A stretch of 62,456 nucleotides of DNA, taken from assembly GCF_006345805.1 (NCBI RefSeq), contig NW_021832544.1:1-62456 (forward strand), written 5' to 3'. The position numbers and the translations under genes were made by a program. The notes under the pieces are model-generated. The model was not told the origin of the DNA. It ran no database searches and saw only the letters and a program-made list of their open reading frames with translations. Each line of letters begins with the position of its first letter. The first letter of the stretch is position 1. This document shows positions 37,167-51,239 of the stretch, piece after piece. The stretch comes from Octopus sinensis (lineage: Eukaryota).

Positions 37167-38278
37167 TAAATACTATCAGCCTGACTTGAATTGTTGACCC
37201 AGAACTTATTCAAACTTCCTTACTTATTTCAGCAACAAAAGAAAATATTTAAATAGAAATAAAACTGTAATTTTTCTTGCAGTCATTTTTGGATTTAATG
37301 CTGTTAAATTTGCGCTAATCACATTCAGATTAATTAAGATTAACATGAACTGTTAAACATAATCTTCGTGTGATTATATATTGCATATGTAGACTTAACA
37401 TTGGACATAATAATAAGTTTGACAAAGTTTTGGTATTGCAGTCTGTCAGAGAATGCTAAACGACAAAATAATTACTGGTCTACAATTTGAGATCGTTGTT
37501 TAGTATTGGCAATTTTCTTCTCTGAAACTACAAAAGTCTACTTGAAAACCAACTATGATTTATATCCCTGGTACAAGGTTACCAGTTTTTATGAGTTACT
37601 GGCGTTATTGTCGAATGATGTAACGCCATTATGGTAATGGTACTTACTTTATCGAAGCTGGGAGGATGAAAGGCAATAACGAGACCAACATCAATTTGTG
37701 GATTCAAAATATAAAACTGGAAATCAAACGTAAGCTCAATTGACCTGACATCGTTAGCTGAACCTGAAAGTAAACTCGTTTATCAAACTAGCTTCTGTTT
37801 ACATAATGTGTTGCTGAAACAGCAAAACAACGAATACGGCAGATAATATTTATAGAGCTTTCAGAACAAAAAAAAACACAAACCATACATAATAATGTCT
37901 AAAATATGTGTCCATATTTTTGTCGATTGTTATCAACGGGATATGGTGAGTAGGAAGAACAAGTTTATAGCAGCAAAACCAAACATTGAAACAGTAAGAA
38001 GCCAAGCATTTCATACACCATAAAGTGCAAATAGCCATCATATTGTGATCGATAAATAGAAACATACTTGAATTTTAGTAAAATAATTGAAAATACGAGC
38101 ATTTATGGAGCAACGGGAACTTTTATTATACGTTTTCTCAATGGAGCTTGTCGTTTATATATACATGCGAGAGAGAGGGAGAGAGAGAATGTGTGTGTGA
38201 GAGAGGGAAAGAGAGAAAATGTGTGTGTGTCTTTGTGTATGTGTGTTTATGTACATGCGCATGTGTATATATGTAAGC

Positions 38279-38320
<42 letters not shown>

Positions 38321-38442
38321 TCAGACAGAGATATAGAGACAGAGAGAGATAGAGGTAGGTAGGTAGATAGGTAGGTAGAGAGATAAATAGATTAATAGAT
38401 AGATAGATAGATACATACATACATACATACATACATACATAC

Positions 38443-38564
<122 letters not shown>

Positions 38565-39187
38565 TGAGAGAGATGCGAGTATATGTGTGTGTATTATTCC
38601 TACTGATCTGAAGACCTTGGCCTCCTCCTTATGAAATTTGGTCTGGATTTTAGGAAGACAATAACTGTTAAGAAGTATTGGCATTGTTTGCATATCAAAC
38701 TCTTTCCCACCATGGATTGCTGCGATTTCTTGATTGAATTATACACATGCATACACGCGCACACATACACACACATTATCACACTCGAACGAACGAACAC
38801 ACACATATATGTATATATGTATGCATGTATGAATGCATTTATGTAAGGATGGATGGCTGTATATGTGTGTGTATCTAGCGTGAAAGAGCTCTTTCACTCG
38901 ACGAAAATGACACAGAAGCTGTTACCTTTATTTATTAACCATATATTTCGTGGAATAACATCTCGTTGCAGAACTGCCATCTGGTCAGTGTTGTGGAACT
39001 TGGTCAGTAACCATGATGCAATTGTGCAATGAAGGTGTTGATGCCGAAACAAGCAAGTGAAAAAGTGAATTTAACAGAGGTCTTTTTTTTTATATATATT
39101 TTGTGAGACATTGGTTCTTCTAGGATATGGTTCCTTCACTTTCAACACTCGCATCTCAGGTGACTTGCTAAATAGTGAGAGCTACGA

Positions 39188-39705
39188 AATACATACATGC
39201 ATACATACACAAGCATACACACATGCACACATACATACATACATACATACATACATACATACATACACACATACATACATACATACACGCATACATACAC
39301 ACTTACATACATACACATATATATACATACATACACACATGCACACATACATACATACACACACACATGCACACATACATACATACATACATACACACAT
39401 ACATGCATACATACATACATACATACATACATGCATACATACATGCATACATACACAAACATACACACATGCACACACACATACATATGCATACATACAT
39501 ATATGCATGCATACATACATACATACATACATACATACATACACACATACACATGCACACATACATACATATATACACACATACATACATACATACATAC
39601 ATACATACACACATACATACATACATACATACATACATACATACATACATACATACATACATACATACATACATACATACATACATACGCGCACACACAC
39701 ATATA
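39188..39705. repeat. (CATA)n microsatellite
   Basis: Visible repeat. Confidence 0.97.
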
Positions 39706-39959
39706 TTTATATAATCACATCCATCCCCAGTTAAAGCAGTTAAATCTGTCAACGTAGACAGACAATTTATATCCAAAACTCACCCAGTCGTATCTCTGCA
39801 GTTACATTCAGGTTCTGCTGTTTCTGTAGAATTTACAGAATTGTGGCTATGGTTATAGAATCGGAATTCTATTATATCCACACAGCTCTAACTTTTATAG
39901 GTGAAGATTTTTATACAAATACGTTGCTATCGCTTAGTGCCAGTTGTTCTATGTATTTC

Positions 39960-40640
39960 CTCTTCATATTATAAGCCTTCCAGTTAGAATTTTATTATGA
40001 TACGAGTTAATATAGGGAAATATTTCTCTGTTCCATAATAAATTAGTTATTTGTCTGCTAATGTCGTGTATAATAAGTTGTATTGTGGTGACCAGGTGAC
40101 AGGATATTTTATTAGGTTTGTTTCTGTGTGGGGTTAAATGTTGCAACAGTTGATGCCAGTGTTTCGGTTTCGTGGTACATCGAGTAAATGTGCTATCTTC
40201 AAATTAGTATTTATCGAAATTTTAAATTCAATTCTTTAATGATGCAAACCATTTTCATCTTAAGTCTGTCTATTTCGTGTCCGTTTATGTTGTGGAATAC
40301 AATTTCGTTGTCTCTGTAAAGATCTATGTTGAATGATCTCGTTCTGTTTTTTTTTTTTTTGTGTGTGTATGATGTATAACTCAAGCGTATCCGAAATATC
40401 TGTTCCACTGTAGCTAATATTGAAAACAAATTCATTTTTGTGTTTTTTAACCCAGAAGAAACTGTCATAAAATAACATCTTCCTCGCATTCGCTATAATA
40501 TTGATATCGGTGCTATCTATGTTGGTGCATACTTTCCCAATTCTAGAGCTTTGAAAAGAAACTTTAGAAATAGATGAACAGCATTCTATGATATCCACCT
40601 GAATGAATTCGTGTTAAGATTTATCTTCGATATCGCTAAA
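39960..40640 (-). mobile_element. Penelope-like element RT relic (Naiad-type motifs)
   Basis: DINIIANARKMLFYDSFFWVKK...FNISYSGTDISDTLELYI and NIDLYRDNEIVFHNINGHEIDRLKMKMVCIIKELNLK parallel the PLE RT motifs WVKK...FDVTMGSYDGAE...VGLY and GLYRDDGL...ERxRKK. Confidence 0.7.
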
Positions 40641-40944
40641 TCGCTGAACACTGACACTGCTCTGTTTTCATTCTGTGAAATGTCTTTTATTTATGTTTAT
40701 AGTATTTAAAAAACGTTTGTTTAACCCCATCCTCCCCGCTTGTCCACTTTTCAGTGCGTTGACAAGGCCACATCTGGCGTTACCCGTTAAACTGTCATTG
40801 TTTTCCTTTAATGTTATATAAGAGCAACGCAAGATGATGCCCTTCAACCTGATTCGCTTATTTAATTGCGTTGCCAGAATCTTCGTCGCTGATAAAATTG
40901 CGTGAATTTACGTATACTTTAGTACTTTTAGTTATGCTTCTAAT

Positions 40945-41158
40945 ATTGGTTTCAAATTTTGGCACAAGACCAGCTATTTCGGGGGAGGGGATGAGTCGCT
41001 TACATCGACCCCAGTGTTCAACTGGTACTTATTGTACCGACCCCGAGAAGATGAATGGCAAAGTCGACCTCAGCAGAATCTAAAATCACAATTTAAACAC
41101 GATCGAAATGTCGCCGAACATTTTGTCCGGTATGCTAACGATTTAGGCAGCTCGCTGC
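40945..41158 (-). mobile_element. SINE family B variant, older
   Basis: tacatcgaccccagtg...actggtactta...gaccccgagaagatgaatggcaaagtcgacctc. Confidence 0.8.
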
Positions 41159-41519
41159 ATTATATATTCCTAATATGAATCCTAGAAAGAGTAATACTCA
41201 CATTGTTTGGCATCGTCTCTATTTCGAATAATTTTTTGGCTTTGGTGGGTTGCACGGATGTACTCTTTTGAATTTGAGAAAAGTGATAAATGGTTGGTTC
41301 GTATATTCTAGAAGATGTTGGCTACATTTTTTCATACGTTGTTACAAGTTGGTTTTATTTCACTTTGAATATTTTGTAGTTGTTACTATGATCGACATTT
41401 CGGTTTGTTTTGGAGACAGATTTCTTCTCGCAGAATTCGTTGCAAGCGTTTTTGCCAAGGAAGCATGGTTTCCATTTGGCACTTTTTATTGGCATCGTCA
41501 AGTGTTTGTGGAGAAAGAT

Positions 41520-41815
41520 TGTCGGCTGTCTCATCGGTAGATAATACCGTGATGATGTTTTCGGACAATCGCTTATGATGTGGGTGATATCTTCAGTGTG
41601 AACTCCGCAAAATCTGCATCGGTTGTCATACTTTACTGCTTTTCCTGCATATCTATCCCTTTTGTGCATCAGGTATTTGGTTGATATTTCCTGTTACTGG
41701 ATTGCAAATACATACCCCCACAAAGTTGGAGGTAGTAACCCGGTTATTCGTCCATGATAAACTGCTTTGATGATCGATGTTACTATCATCACGGAGCTTT
41801 CTTCTAACATATCTA
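41520..41815 (-). mobile_element. R4/Dong-like fragment with intact CCHC zinc knuckle
   Basis: GYVFAIQ*QEISTKYL...CRFCGVHTEDITHIISDCPKTSSRYYLPMR. Confidence 0.85.
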
Positions 41816-42872
41816 TACATAGTCTTCTGCTCATATAGGCGTGTATGTATGTATGTATGTATGTATGTATGTATGTATGTATGTGCTTTTGCATGTGTGT
41901 GTTTAAAATTAAAAGAACTGAAATGAAAAACTCAATGAAAAATTGTTGGTAATTCTTCGGAAAAGTTTCCCATCGTTTATAAAGAAACAAATTTACAAAC
42001 AGTTTGGGCCACTTGAATAGCCACTGATTTTATTTGTTGATTCGGTTGTTTTGGGTTTTTTATTTTTTGTGGAAATTACACAAATAAATAGAAAAGATAA
42101 AGTGAATCATAAATATTAATATCTACTTGTGAAGTAGATTCCGCTTAACCAGTTCCTTCCTGAATCTCTTTAAATTGGCGCTTATTTTGCAAATGTTAAG
42201 ATGACTTCAATAAATAACAGGAAAGGTCACTAAGAAAATCAATTACTCAAGAATTGAAGGAAATTCCTTGATTAATCATACTTTCAAAGGATAAAAAAAT
42301 GTTGGTCATATTTTTTTCTTTACTTTTTTCTTTCTGTTATTTAGTTCTGTTTGAATCTGGATCGCTCGGGATTTTAGCTGGCCGAAATGTTTCCTCAAAG
42401 ACAGGAATTTTGTATTCTTTAAATTTGAATTTATCTGCAAATTCTAAAGTTTGTAGTTTACAACAGTTACCACTCATAATTATGAATATTACAATAAATA
42501 CAAATATAAATTTTGTTTCAAACAAAAATCTATTCTAGCAGATTAGAGTCGACTGAATCGGCCTAGTGTATCACCAGTTGTAATATATTCAAGCAAATAT
42601 TTCATAAAAGGTCTTACACAATATATGCCTGCTACAATTTTAAAACAGAAAAGTGTTATTAAGTGAGATTTGATTGTTAATTTTAGCAAGTCAAAAATAA
42701 TCGTTTAGAAGCCTTCTCGTTGGCAATGAACGGCAACTCAAGTGAACTTCAGATTTGTAGAGGCCTAAACTAAATATCAGGATATTTAGCAAGGAAGTCT
42801 GATGCATTGGTGTTTGAAATGAAAGAAATATCATATTTTCGTACAGTTCTATATTTAAGAGATGAGGAATTA

Positions 42873-42979
42873 TGACGGATATTTGTCCTCATCTTATTTG
42901 TTGTTAACACAACGTTTCGGCTGAATATACCCTCCGGCCTTCATCAGGTGTCTTGAGGAAATTTCGAACCAGGGTTCCC

Positions 42980-43057
<78 letters not shown>

Positions 43058-43162
43058 GGAACCCAGGTTCGAATTTTCCCCAAGACACCTGATGAAGGCC
43101 GGGGGGTATATCAGCCGAAATGTTGTGTTAACAACAAACAAGATGAGAACAAATATCCGTCA
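42873..43162. repeat. Penelope-like inverted repeat (~108 bp arms) around a (TAA)n spacer, each arm with a CTGATGA...GAAA core
   Basis: Arms at 42873-42981 and 43055-43162. A further end of this family is at 59462-59522. Confidence 0.88.
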
Positions 43163-43512
43163 AATGTAAATAATGTATTATATTTTGGGTAGATATTATT
43201 TAATATATTACATATAATATTTCATATTTGTACAAATATAGGAAGCCGTAGAGAGAAAAAAACTGTCACATTTTAGAGGGTCATTGGGGTAGCGGTAGGG
43301 GAGCTAGTTGGATGGTAATGGTGTCTTCATGTACCCAATATTCCATTGCAATATTCCATAAAGTTACCATCGTGTTTCAGCCGGTGTGTTTGCTGAACTA
43401 TTTGTCAACCTCTAAAGCGCGTGAGAGATCTTTTTGTTTCGCTCTGTATTACAATTATTTTGTTTTTGTGCGAAGAATACTAAAACAGTCACAAATAACC
43501 TTTTCTTTTTTA

Positions 43513-43890
43513 CTCTAGGTACAAAGCCCGAAATTTTGGGGGAGGGGGACAGTAGATTATATCTACCCCAGTACGCAACTGGTACTTAATTTATCGATCC
43601 GGAAAGGATGCCAATGCAGAGTCAACCTCGGCGGAATTTGAACTCAGAACGTAGCGGCAGGCGAAATACCTATTTATTTACTATCCACAAGGGGCTAAAC
43701 ACAGAGAGGACAAACAAGGACAGACAAAGTGATTCAGTCGATCACATCGACCCCAGTGCGTAACTGGTACTTATTTAATCGACCCCGAAAGGATGAAAGG
43801 CAAAGTCGACCTCGGCGGAATTTGAACTCAGAACGTAGCGGCAGACGAAATACTGCAAAGCATTTCGCCCGGCCTGCTAACGTTTCTGCC
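43513..43890 (-). mobile_element. Two tandem SINE family B units
   Basis: ctcggcggaatttgaactcagaacgtagcggcag occurs twice (~43627 and ~43811). Confidence 0.9.
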
Positions 43891-44503
43891 TAAAACCGTC
43901 ACAAATAATATTTCATTTTTGTACTGATAATGCCCAACATATAATCATATTTTCCCTGTGGACGATGTTTCAAATATTACAAATATAACATTTTTGTCTG
44001 AGCAATGAAGAAAACTAAACAAAGGAATAATATTATTTTGGTTCTACAGTTGACAATTCCATATAGATTGAGAATGAGATTTACTGTAGAACTAGAAAAC
44101 TTGTGTTGGAATTTCTAGGTTTATATTTTCTCCGAAATATCTTTTAATGGAAATGATGAACCGACAAAATTCAAAACCAATCAGTCGCCACTTTCATAAG
44201 AAAAAGAGACGCTAGTTTTTCTGTGGCTGGCACCAACATGTACAATGTAAGAATTAGGTGAGAGAACTAATGAGGAAATGAAGGGAAATAGTGGTGTACT
44301 TCTATAACAAATATCTGAGATGCTGTTAACGAGATAAAAACTGAGAATCTGTGGAACTGTGACAAACATTACCATATTCAATGATGAAATTCTTGATTGG
44401 GTAGTTTTCAACGAAAATCAAATAAATTGAGAGGAATTTGAATCGAAATTAGTTGAGAAATGGAAAACTTTCCAATTTAATGGAATCTTTGATGTGCGCA
44501 GGC

Positions 44504-44535
<32 letters not shown>

Positions 44536-44661
44536 ATGTATGTGTGTGTGTGTGTGTGTGTGCGTGTGTGTGTGTATACATATACATATACATACAAACT
44601 TATATGCATGCATATGTGCAAATATATATATATACTGTGTTTGTGTATGTGTCTGTGTGTG

Positions 44662-44693
<32 letters not shown>

Positions 44694-45253
44694 AGTTTGT
44701 AATTTTATACGTAATAGTATATGTGCACACGGATATGTAAATATGCATACACCCTATATACAAATACACATGCATATGAATGCATGTATACATACAAATA
44801 TATACAAATACACGCCGACAAACACACTCACGCATACATATATTTGTGTGAGTACATGTGTATATATATATATACCGGACGCGGAACTATAGTATCATGT
44901 GATTTTAGCGTGTTTAGTGCGTCACAGCAGGCATTCATTTTATGTGTGCGTGTGTGTGAGTGTGAGTATGTGTGCGTGTGTGCATGCGTGCGCGTGTATG
45001 TCCTGAATCGTTGATATAACCATGATGTTCTGCTGATCTGATGAGTTAGCTCTCTTTATTTGCATTGGTCTGTGAATCTAGGACTGTATTGTATAGGGCA
45101 TAGCATACATATTGCTGCAAGCATGTAAACATAATTTCTTATACACTGGAATTATTATTACAGGAAGAAGGCTGCGAAACGGCCGTAATCCTAAGGATAT
45201 CAAGTAGTTAAATATATTCACCTCTAATACTTCCTGACTTTTTGTGGTGTGTG

Positions 45254-45290
<37 letters not shown>

Positions 45291-45388
45291 ATAACTCCTA
45301 TACACACACACACACACACACACACATACATATATATATATACACATACACATACATATAAGATGACATAGCTAAATAGATAGACAGG

Positions 45389-45428
<40 letters not shown>

Positions 45429-45429
45429 C

Positions 45430-45488
<59 letters not shown>

Positions 45489-45507
45489 GAGATAGATAGA
45501 TAGATAA

Positions 45508-45546
<39 letters not shown>

Positions 45547-45744
45547 CCTAGTTAGATAGATAGACGAGAAAATTGCTTCAGTATGCGTAGATATATAACG
45601 TGTCTACCTGGATTCAGATTCGATCGCAGAACGATATATCATAGGGATGTACGAGATACGCAAACACACATACACGCACACACACACACAAAACTCATGT
45701 CTATATAGATGTGTGTGCGTGTTCGTGTGTATATATATGTGTAT

Positions 45745-46796
45745 ATATATATATATATATATACACACGCACACACATATACACACACGTACCTTTATGC
45801 AAAAATAAGAATTGCATATATATATATCTTACATGTGTGTATGTATGTACGTATTTATATTCGATGATTTCCTTGAAGTAATTGCTGTCTATTAGATGTT
45901 GTAATAACTTAGATATAAGCCATCTAAAAACAAAGCCTTCAATCCCAACACCACAACCACCACCACCAACAACAACAACACCACCAACACCACGACCACC
46001 GCGTAGCACTCTTTTCCGTACACAGTTTTACTATTCTGATATGAATTTCACTTACTTATTACCTGACATATCGCAATTATATCAAACAAGTATCATTTCC
46101 TCTTTCAGTCAATTAGAATGTCATAAAATTCTCCAGCTTAAAAATCATTCCATAATAACTATTTACTTATTTATTAGATTTTGTTCGTTTTTTGTTGTTT
46201 TTTTTTTACTGCATTTTTCTATTCTTCTATTTTGTTTTTTATGCACGCTTCTCTTGTTTTGCATACGATTGCTATTTCTAACCTATGGATACAAATTAGA
46301 ACCTATATCCGAAGCTAACTTGGTGAAAATATATGTTGCCACAGAGTCTATGTAATAAGCTTGAAGGTGAGTCTTAAAATGAAAAAGAAAACAGACGATA
46401 ACTCGGAAAAAAAATGTTATGAACAAGTCTTGCCATCGTTTCAGAACAGCGGCTCTCAATAAAGCTAAAACAAATTTCAACGAGGAATAAAATAAAGCGT
46501 TTCCCCTGGAGAAAAGTCAGTGTTAATTTTTTTGTAATAGAGAAGTCATTTGCAAAGAATAAAACAGAGATTAAAAGTTCAAGCAAAACAAAAAGCATTT
46601 TTGTAGGTAAATAGAAGTCAATCTCACATAAAATTGAAGTTATTTCGAGATTTAAAAAGAAAACCCGATGAACATAAAATATAAAACAATATCGCTTTTG
46701 TATTTCACTAAACAAACACCTTATAGAAACCAATCAGGCGTGAGATTGATATATATGTGGAGGGGTATGTAAATTTATGTATGCATGAATAAATAA

Positions 46797-46827
<31 letters not shown>

Positions 46828-47452
46828 CATTCATAAAAACTCATATATTACATATATTTGCTGCAATAGCTACCACAGTTGTACAGTTTACAACGGATGC
46901 AGATTTCGAATCCCGTGGTCGTTGTTACAGGCTATATTCTTCTCCCGCGATAGTAAAACCATTATTTTAGAGGTTACAGTAAAACTTTAACCGAATCTCG
47001 TGTTCATTTTGTCTTCGTATACATAACTATATATATATATATATTCGGTTTATATGAATATATGAAACTCATGATTCACAGTACCAATGTGTGTATATCT
47101 ATAATATATTTTGATGTACTCTACTGACGATTCGAAAATACTTATGTAAATAAAATTACATAATTTATTAACGATGAAACAATTGTATAGAGTTAATCTA
47201 TTTTTTCGTAATTTTTCATTTGTCCTGCTCGCTTACGTTCTTGGCGTGTTGAATTAATTCTTGAGAACAATTCCTTGGTGATGGATTCCCTTTTCGGATC
47301 TATATCTAGCGTTAGAGCGTCCACATGGTGGATTCTCTCTTATTGTTTTGTATTAATATTTACTGTATCCCAGTCTTTTATACGCTAGGCCACTTGGTGT
47401 TTAAATTGATGTTATTAATTAATATTCAATTTTTTTACCCTTATTTTGACTT

Positions 47453-47483
<31 letters not shown>

Positions 47484-49163
47484 TATATATATATACACAC
47501 GCACACACATATACACACACGTACCTTTATGCAAAAATAAGAATTGCATATATATATATCTTACATGTGTGTATGTATGTACGTATTTATATCGATGATT
47601 TCCTTGAAGTAATTGCTGTCTATTAGATGTTGTAATAACTTAGATATAAGCCATCTAAAAACAAAGCCTTCAATCCCAACACCACAACCACCACCACCAA
47701 CAACAACAACACCACCAACACCACGACCACCGCGTAGCACTCTTTTCCGTACACAGTTTTACTATTCTGATATGAATTTCACTTACTTATTACCTGACAT
47801 ATCGCAATTATATCAAACAAGTATCATTTCCTCTTTCAGTCAATTAGAATGTCATAAAATTCTCCAGCTTAAAAATCATTCCATAATAACTATTTACTTA
47901 TTTATTAGATTTTGTTCGTTTTTTGTTGTTTTTTTTTACTGCATTTTTCTATTCTTCTACTTTGTTTTTTATGCACGCTTCTCTTGTTTTGCATACGATT
48001 GCTATTTCTAACCTATGGATACAAATTAGAACCTATATCCGAAGCTAACTTGGTGAAAATATATGTTGCCACAGAGTCTATGTGATAAGCTTGAAGGTGA
48101 GTCTTAAAATGAAAAAGAAAACAGACGATAACTCGGAAAAAAAATGTTATGAACAAGTCTTGCCATCGTTTCAGAACAGCGGCTCTCAATAAAGCTAAAA
48201 CAAATTTCAACGAGGAATAAAATAAAGCGTTTCCCCTGGAGAAAAGTCAGTGTTAATTTTTTTGTAATAGAGAAGTCATTTGCAAAGAATAAAACAGAGA
48301 TTAAAAAGTTCAAGCAAAACAAAAAGCATTTTTGTAGGTAAATAGAAGTCAATCTCACAAAAAATTGAAGTTATTTCGAGATTTAAAAAGAAAACCCGAT
48401 GAACATAAAATATAAAACAATATCGGTTTTGTATTTCACTAAACAAACACCTTATAGAAACCAATCAGGCGTGTAGATTGATATATATGTGGAGGGGTAT
48501 GTAAATTTATGTATGCATGAATAAATAAATACATATATATATACTCATACATAAAAACTCATATTACATATATTTGCTGCAATAGCTACCACAGTTGTAC
48601 AGTTTACAACGGATGCAGATTTCGAATCCCTTGGTCGTTGTTACAGGCTATATTCTTTTCCCGCGATAGTAAAACCATTATTTTAGAGGTTACAGTAAAA
48701 CTTTAACCGAATCTCGTGTTCATTTTGTCTTCGTATACATAACTATATATATATATATATTCGGTTTATATGAATATATGAAACTCATGATTCACAGTAC
48801 CAATGTGTGTATATCTATAATTATATTTTGATGTACTCTACTGACGATTCGAAAATACTTATGTAAATAAAATTACATAATTTATTAACGATGAAACAAT
48901 TGTATAGAGTTAATCTATTTTTTCGTAATTTTTCATTTGTCCTGCTCGCTTACGTTCTTGGCGTGTTGAATTAATTCTTGAGAACATTCCTTGGTGATGG
49001 ATTCCCTTTTCGGATCTATATCTAGCGTTAGAGCGTCCACATGGTGGATTCTCTCTTATTGTTTTGTATTAATATTTACTGTATCCCAGTCTTTTATACG
49101 CTAGGCCACTTGGTGTTTAAATTGATGTTATTAATTAATATTCAATTTTTTTACCCTTATTTT

Positions 49164-49205
<42 letters not shown>
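45745..49205. repeat. Tandem duplication, unit ~1732 bp, nearly identical copies bounded by (TA)n
   Basis: gtacctttatgcaaaaataag at 45789 and 47521; the copies are colinear to ccttattttgactttata. Confidence 0.97.
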
Positions 49206-49207
<2 letters not shown>

Positions 49208-49292
49208 CACACGCATACATATATATATATATATATATATATGCATGTGTGTGTGTTGTATGTCTGTGTACGCGCACGCGCACAAAGTGTGA

Positions 49293-51012
49293 TAAACTTA
49301 TCTATGTTTGGACCAAAGAGTGGGTCAAGCCATGTCTAACTTAATAACACCACCCGATAGGATTTGCTAAATCCTTTTTAAGTCAAGTTTTGTGATATCA
49401 TGGCCCATTGAAGTAAGGAGCTCTTGTTGAGTGAACTGTACCCAGGTATAGGTGGCCTATCTGGTATCCCTTAAAGAAATTTGTCTAGATTTCGTTTTGA
49501 AGGTGAAGGGATCTTTTTCTTCTTTGATGTGTTTTGGGATGTTGTTAAATAGGACAGGGCCTGTTGAGGAAAAGAAATTGCGTTGTAGTGTATTTATGTG
49601 TTGTGATCCTGATTTGGCTCGGAGACGTATGGCCCGTGGTCCTAGCCTTGGATGAATTTTGAAGCTAATGTTGAAATCGTTTGGGCAATGCTGGCGGTAT
49701 ATTCTCCACATCGTGCAAATGATGTATCGCTCACGGCGGCGCTGGAAAGAATAGAGTTTCAATGCTTTAAGGTGGTCCCAATAATCGAGATCAGTCATGC
49801 CCTTAATTCTGGGATGCTTCAATTTCGAAATGTTTTGTTTTATATGGGGAGCCCACATGGCGCACCAGTATTCTAGGTGTGGCCGTACAAAGGAGGAGAA
49901 AAGTGGAATGATGACACCTTGTTCTCTGGACCGGAAAGTTCTTAGGATCCAGGAACTCATCCAAGGAGCTATATCGACCTTATTGTTGATGTGGGTACTC
50001 CAACTGAAATTGTTTGTCAACAGTTACTCCTAGGTTTCTGATATCATTAGATGCTGTGAGTGGTTCCTCTGAAGAAAGAGAATATGGTTGTTTTAGCATA
50101 GTCTTTTTTCCAGAATGCATCAGTTCAAACTTTCCCTCCTTTAGTCGCATTTTATTTTTCTCTCCCCATTAACTCACAGCATATATATCAGACTGGAGTT
50201 CAGTTCAGTCTTCTCCGTTGATAATTTTTATGGAACTTAGAAGTCATCGGCGAATATTTTCCCTTTGCCGTGTTTGATGACGCTTGAAATGTTGTTCATA
50301 TAAACTATAAAGAGAAGCGGGCCCAAGATACCACTGGTGACTTTTGCTGGACTTGAGTGGATTCCACTGGTCTCAACATATTGTATTCTATTCTCCAAGA
50401 AATACTCAATCCTGTGTAGTAGTTTTCCACGGATTCCAGTATTTGACAAATGTTTGACAAATGCTGAAATCAAGATATATGACATCACAGTTCGAACCTT
50501 TAAAGACAACATCGATGTGATGTAGGAGCTATGTTAGGCAGTCCCTGCCGCATCGAAGGCCATGCTGGTTGGAATTTAGAAGATTGTAGCTCTCCAGGAA
50601 GCCAGCTATCCTTGATCTCACCACCCTTTCAAACACTTTGTAGATCTGGGAGGTGAGTGAGATTGGGTGATAGTTGACTGCGAGGGATCTGTTTCCCTGT
50701 TTGAAAACCCGGATAACAGACTAAGATAAGAGCTGTTTCGGTATATAGCCTGAGTCAAAAGAATTTCTGCAGAGGCTAGTTAGAGAGACTGCAAGTTGAT
50801 GTCTACATTCCTTCAGGACTCTAACGAGGAATTTGTCAGGGCCTACTGCAGAATAGTACCTGATCTCATTTATTGCTGCTATGCTGTCTGAAGTAGTAAA
50901 AGTAATGACCGAGATTATATGTTAAGGATCGACTTCGTTCACATCCCTTGCATCAATATCAGTGGAACCACTAAAGACAGAGCAGTATTGTTTCTACAGT
51001 ACTTCTGCCATT
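49293..51012 (-). mobile_element. 5'-truncated, diverged copy of the 21823-26682 LINE
   Basis: Colinear with ~21830-23612: QHGLRCGRDCL, FADD, WILRTFRSREQGVIIPLFSSFVRPHLEY and the same 3' UTR, with stops and deletions. Confidence 0.93.
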
Positions 51013-51239
51013 AAATTGACAATGTTCATTTTTATACTTATTCTATTTGCCATTACAAAGAGGGTAGATAAAATAGACAGAGTGGTGACTTTCATCAGTA
51101 AGCCAACTAACTTTAGCTAAAATACATTCAAAGGTGCCAAAGTTAGATTCCTCATAAAAAGGTTGGATTTATGGTTCTGACGGTCCCAAAACAGACTACA
51201 ATCGGAATACACAGGACAAGGGGTAGTGCAATCCCAGAG

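Noticed and set aside
45882-46355. 157 aa ORF in the tandem duplication
   Set aside because: Non-ATG start, low-complexity content, and frameshifted in the second copy.
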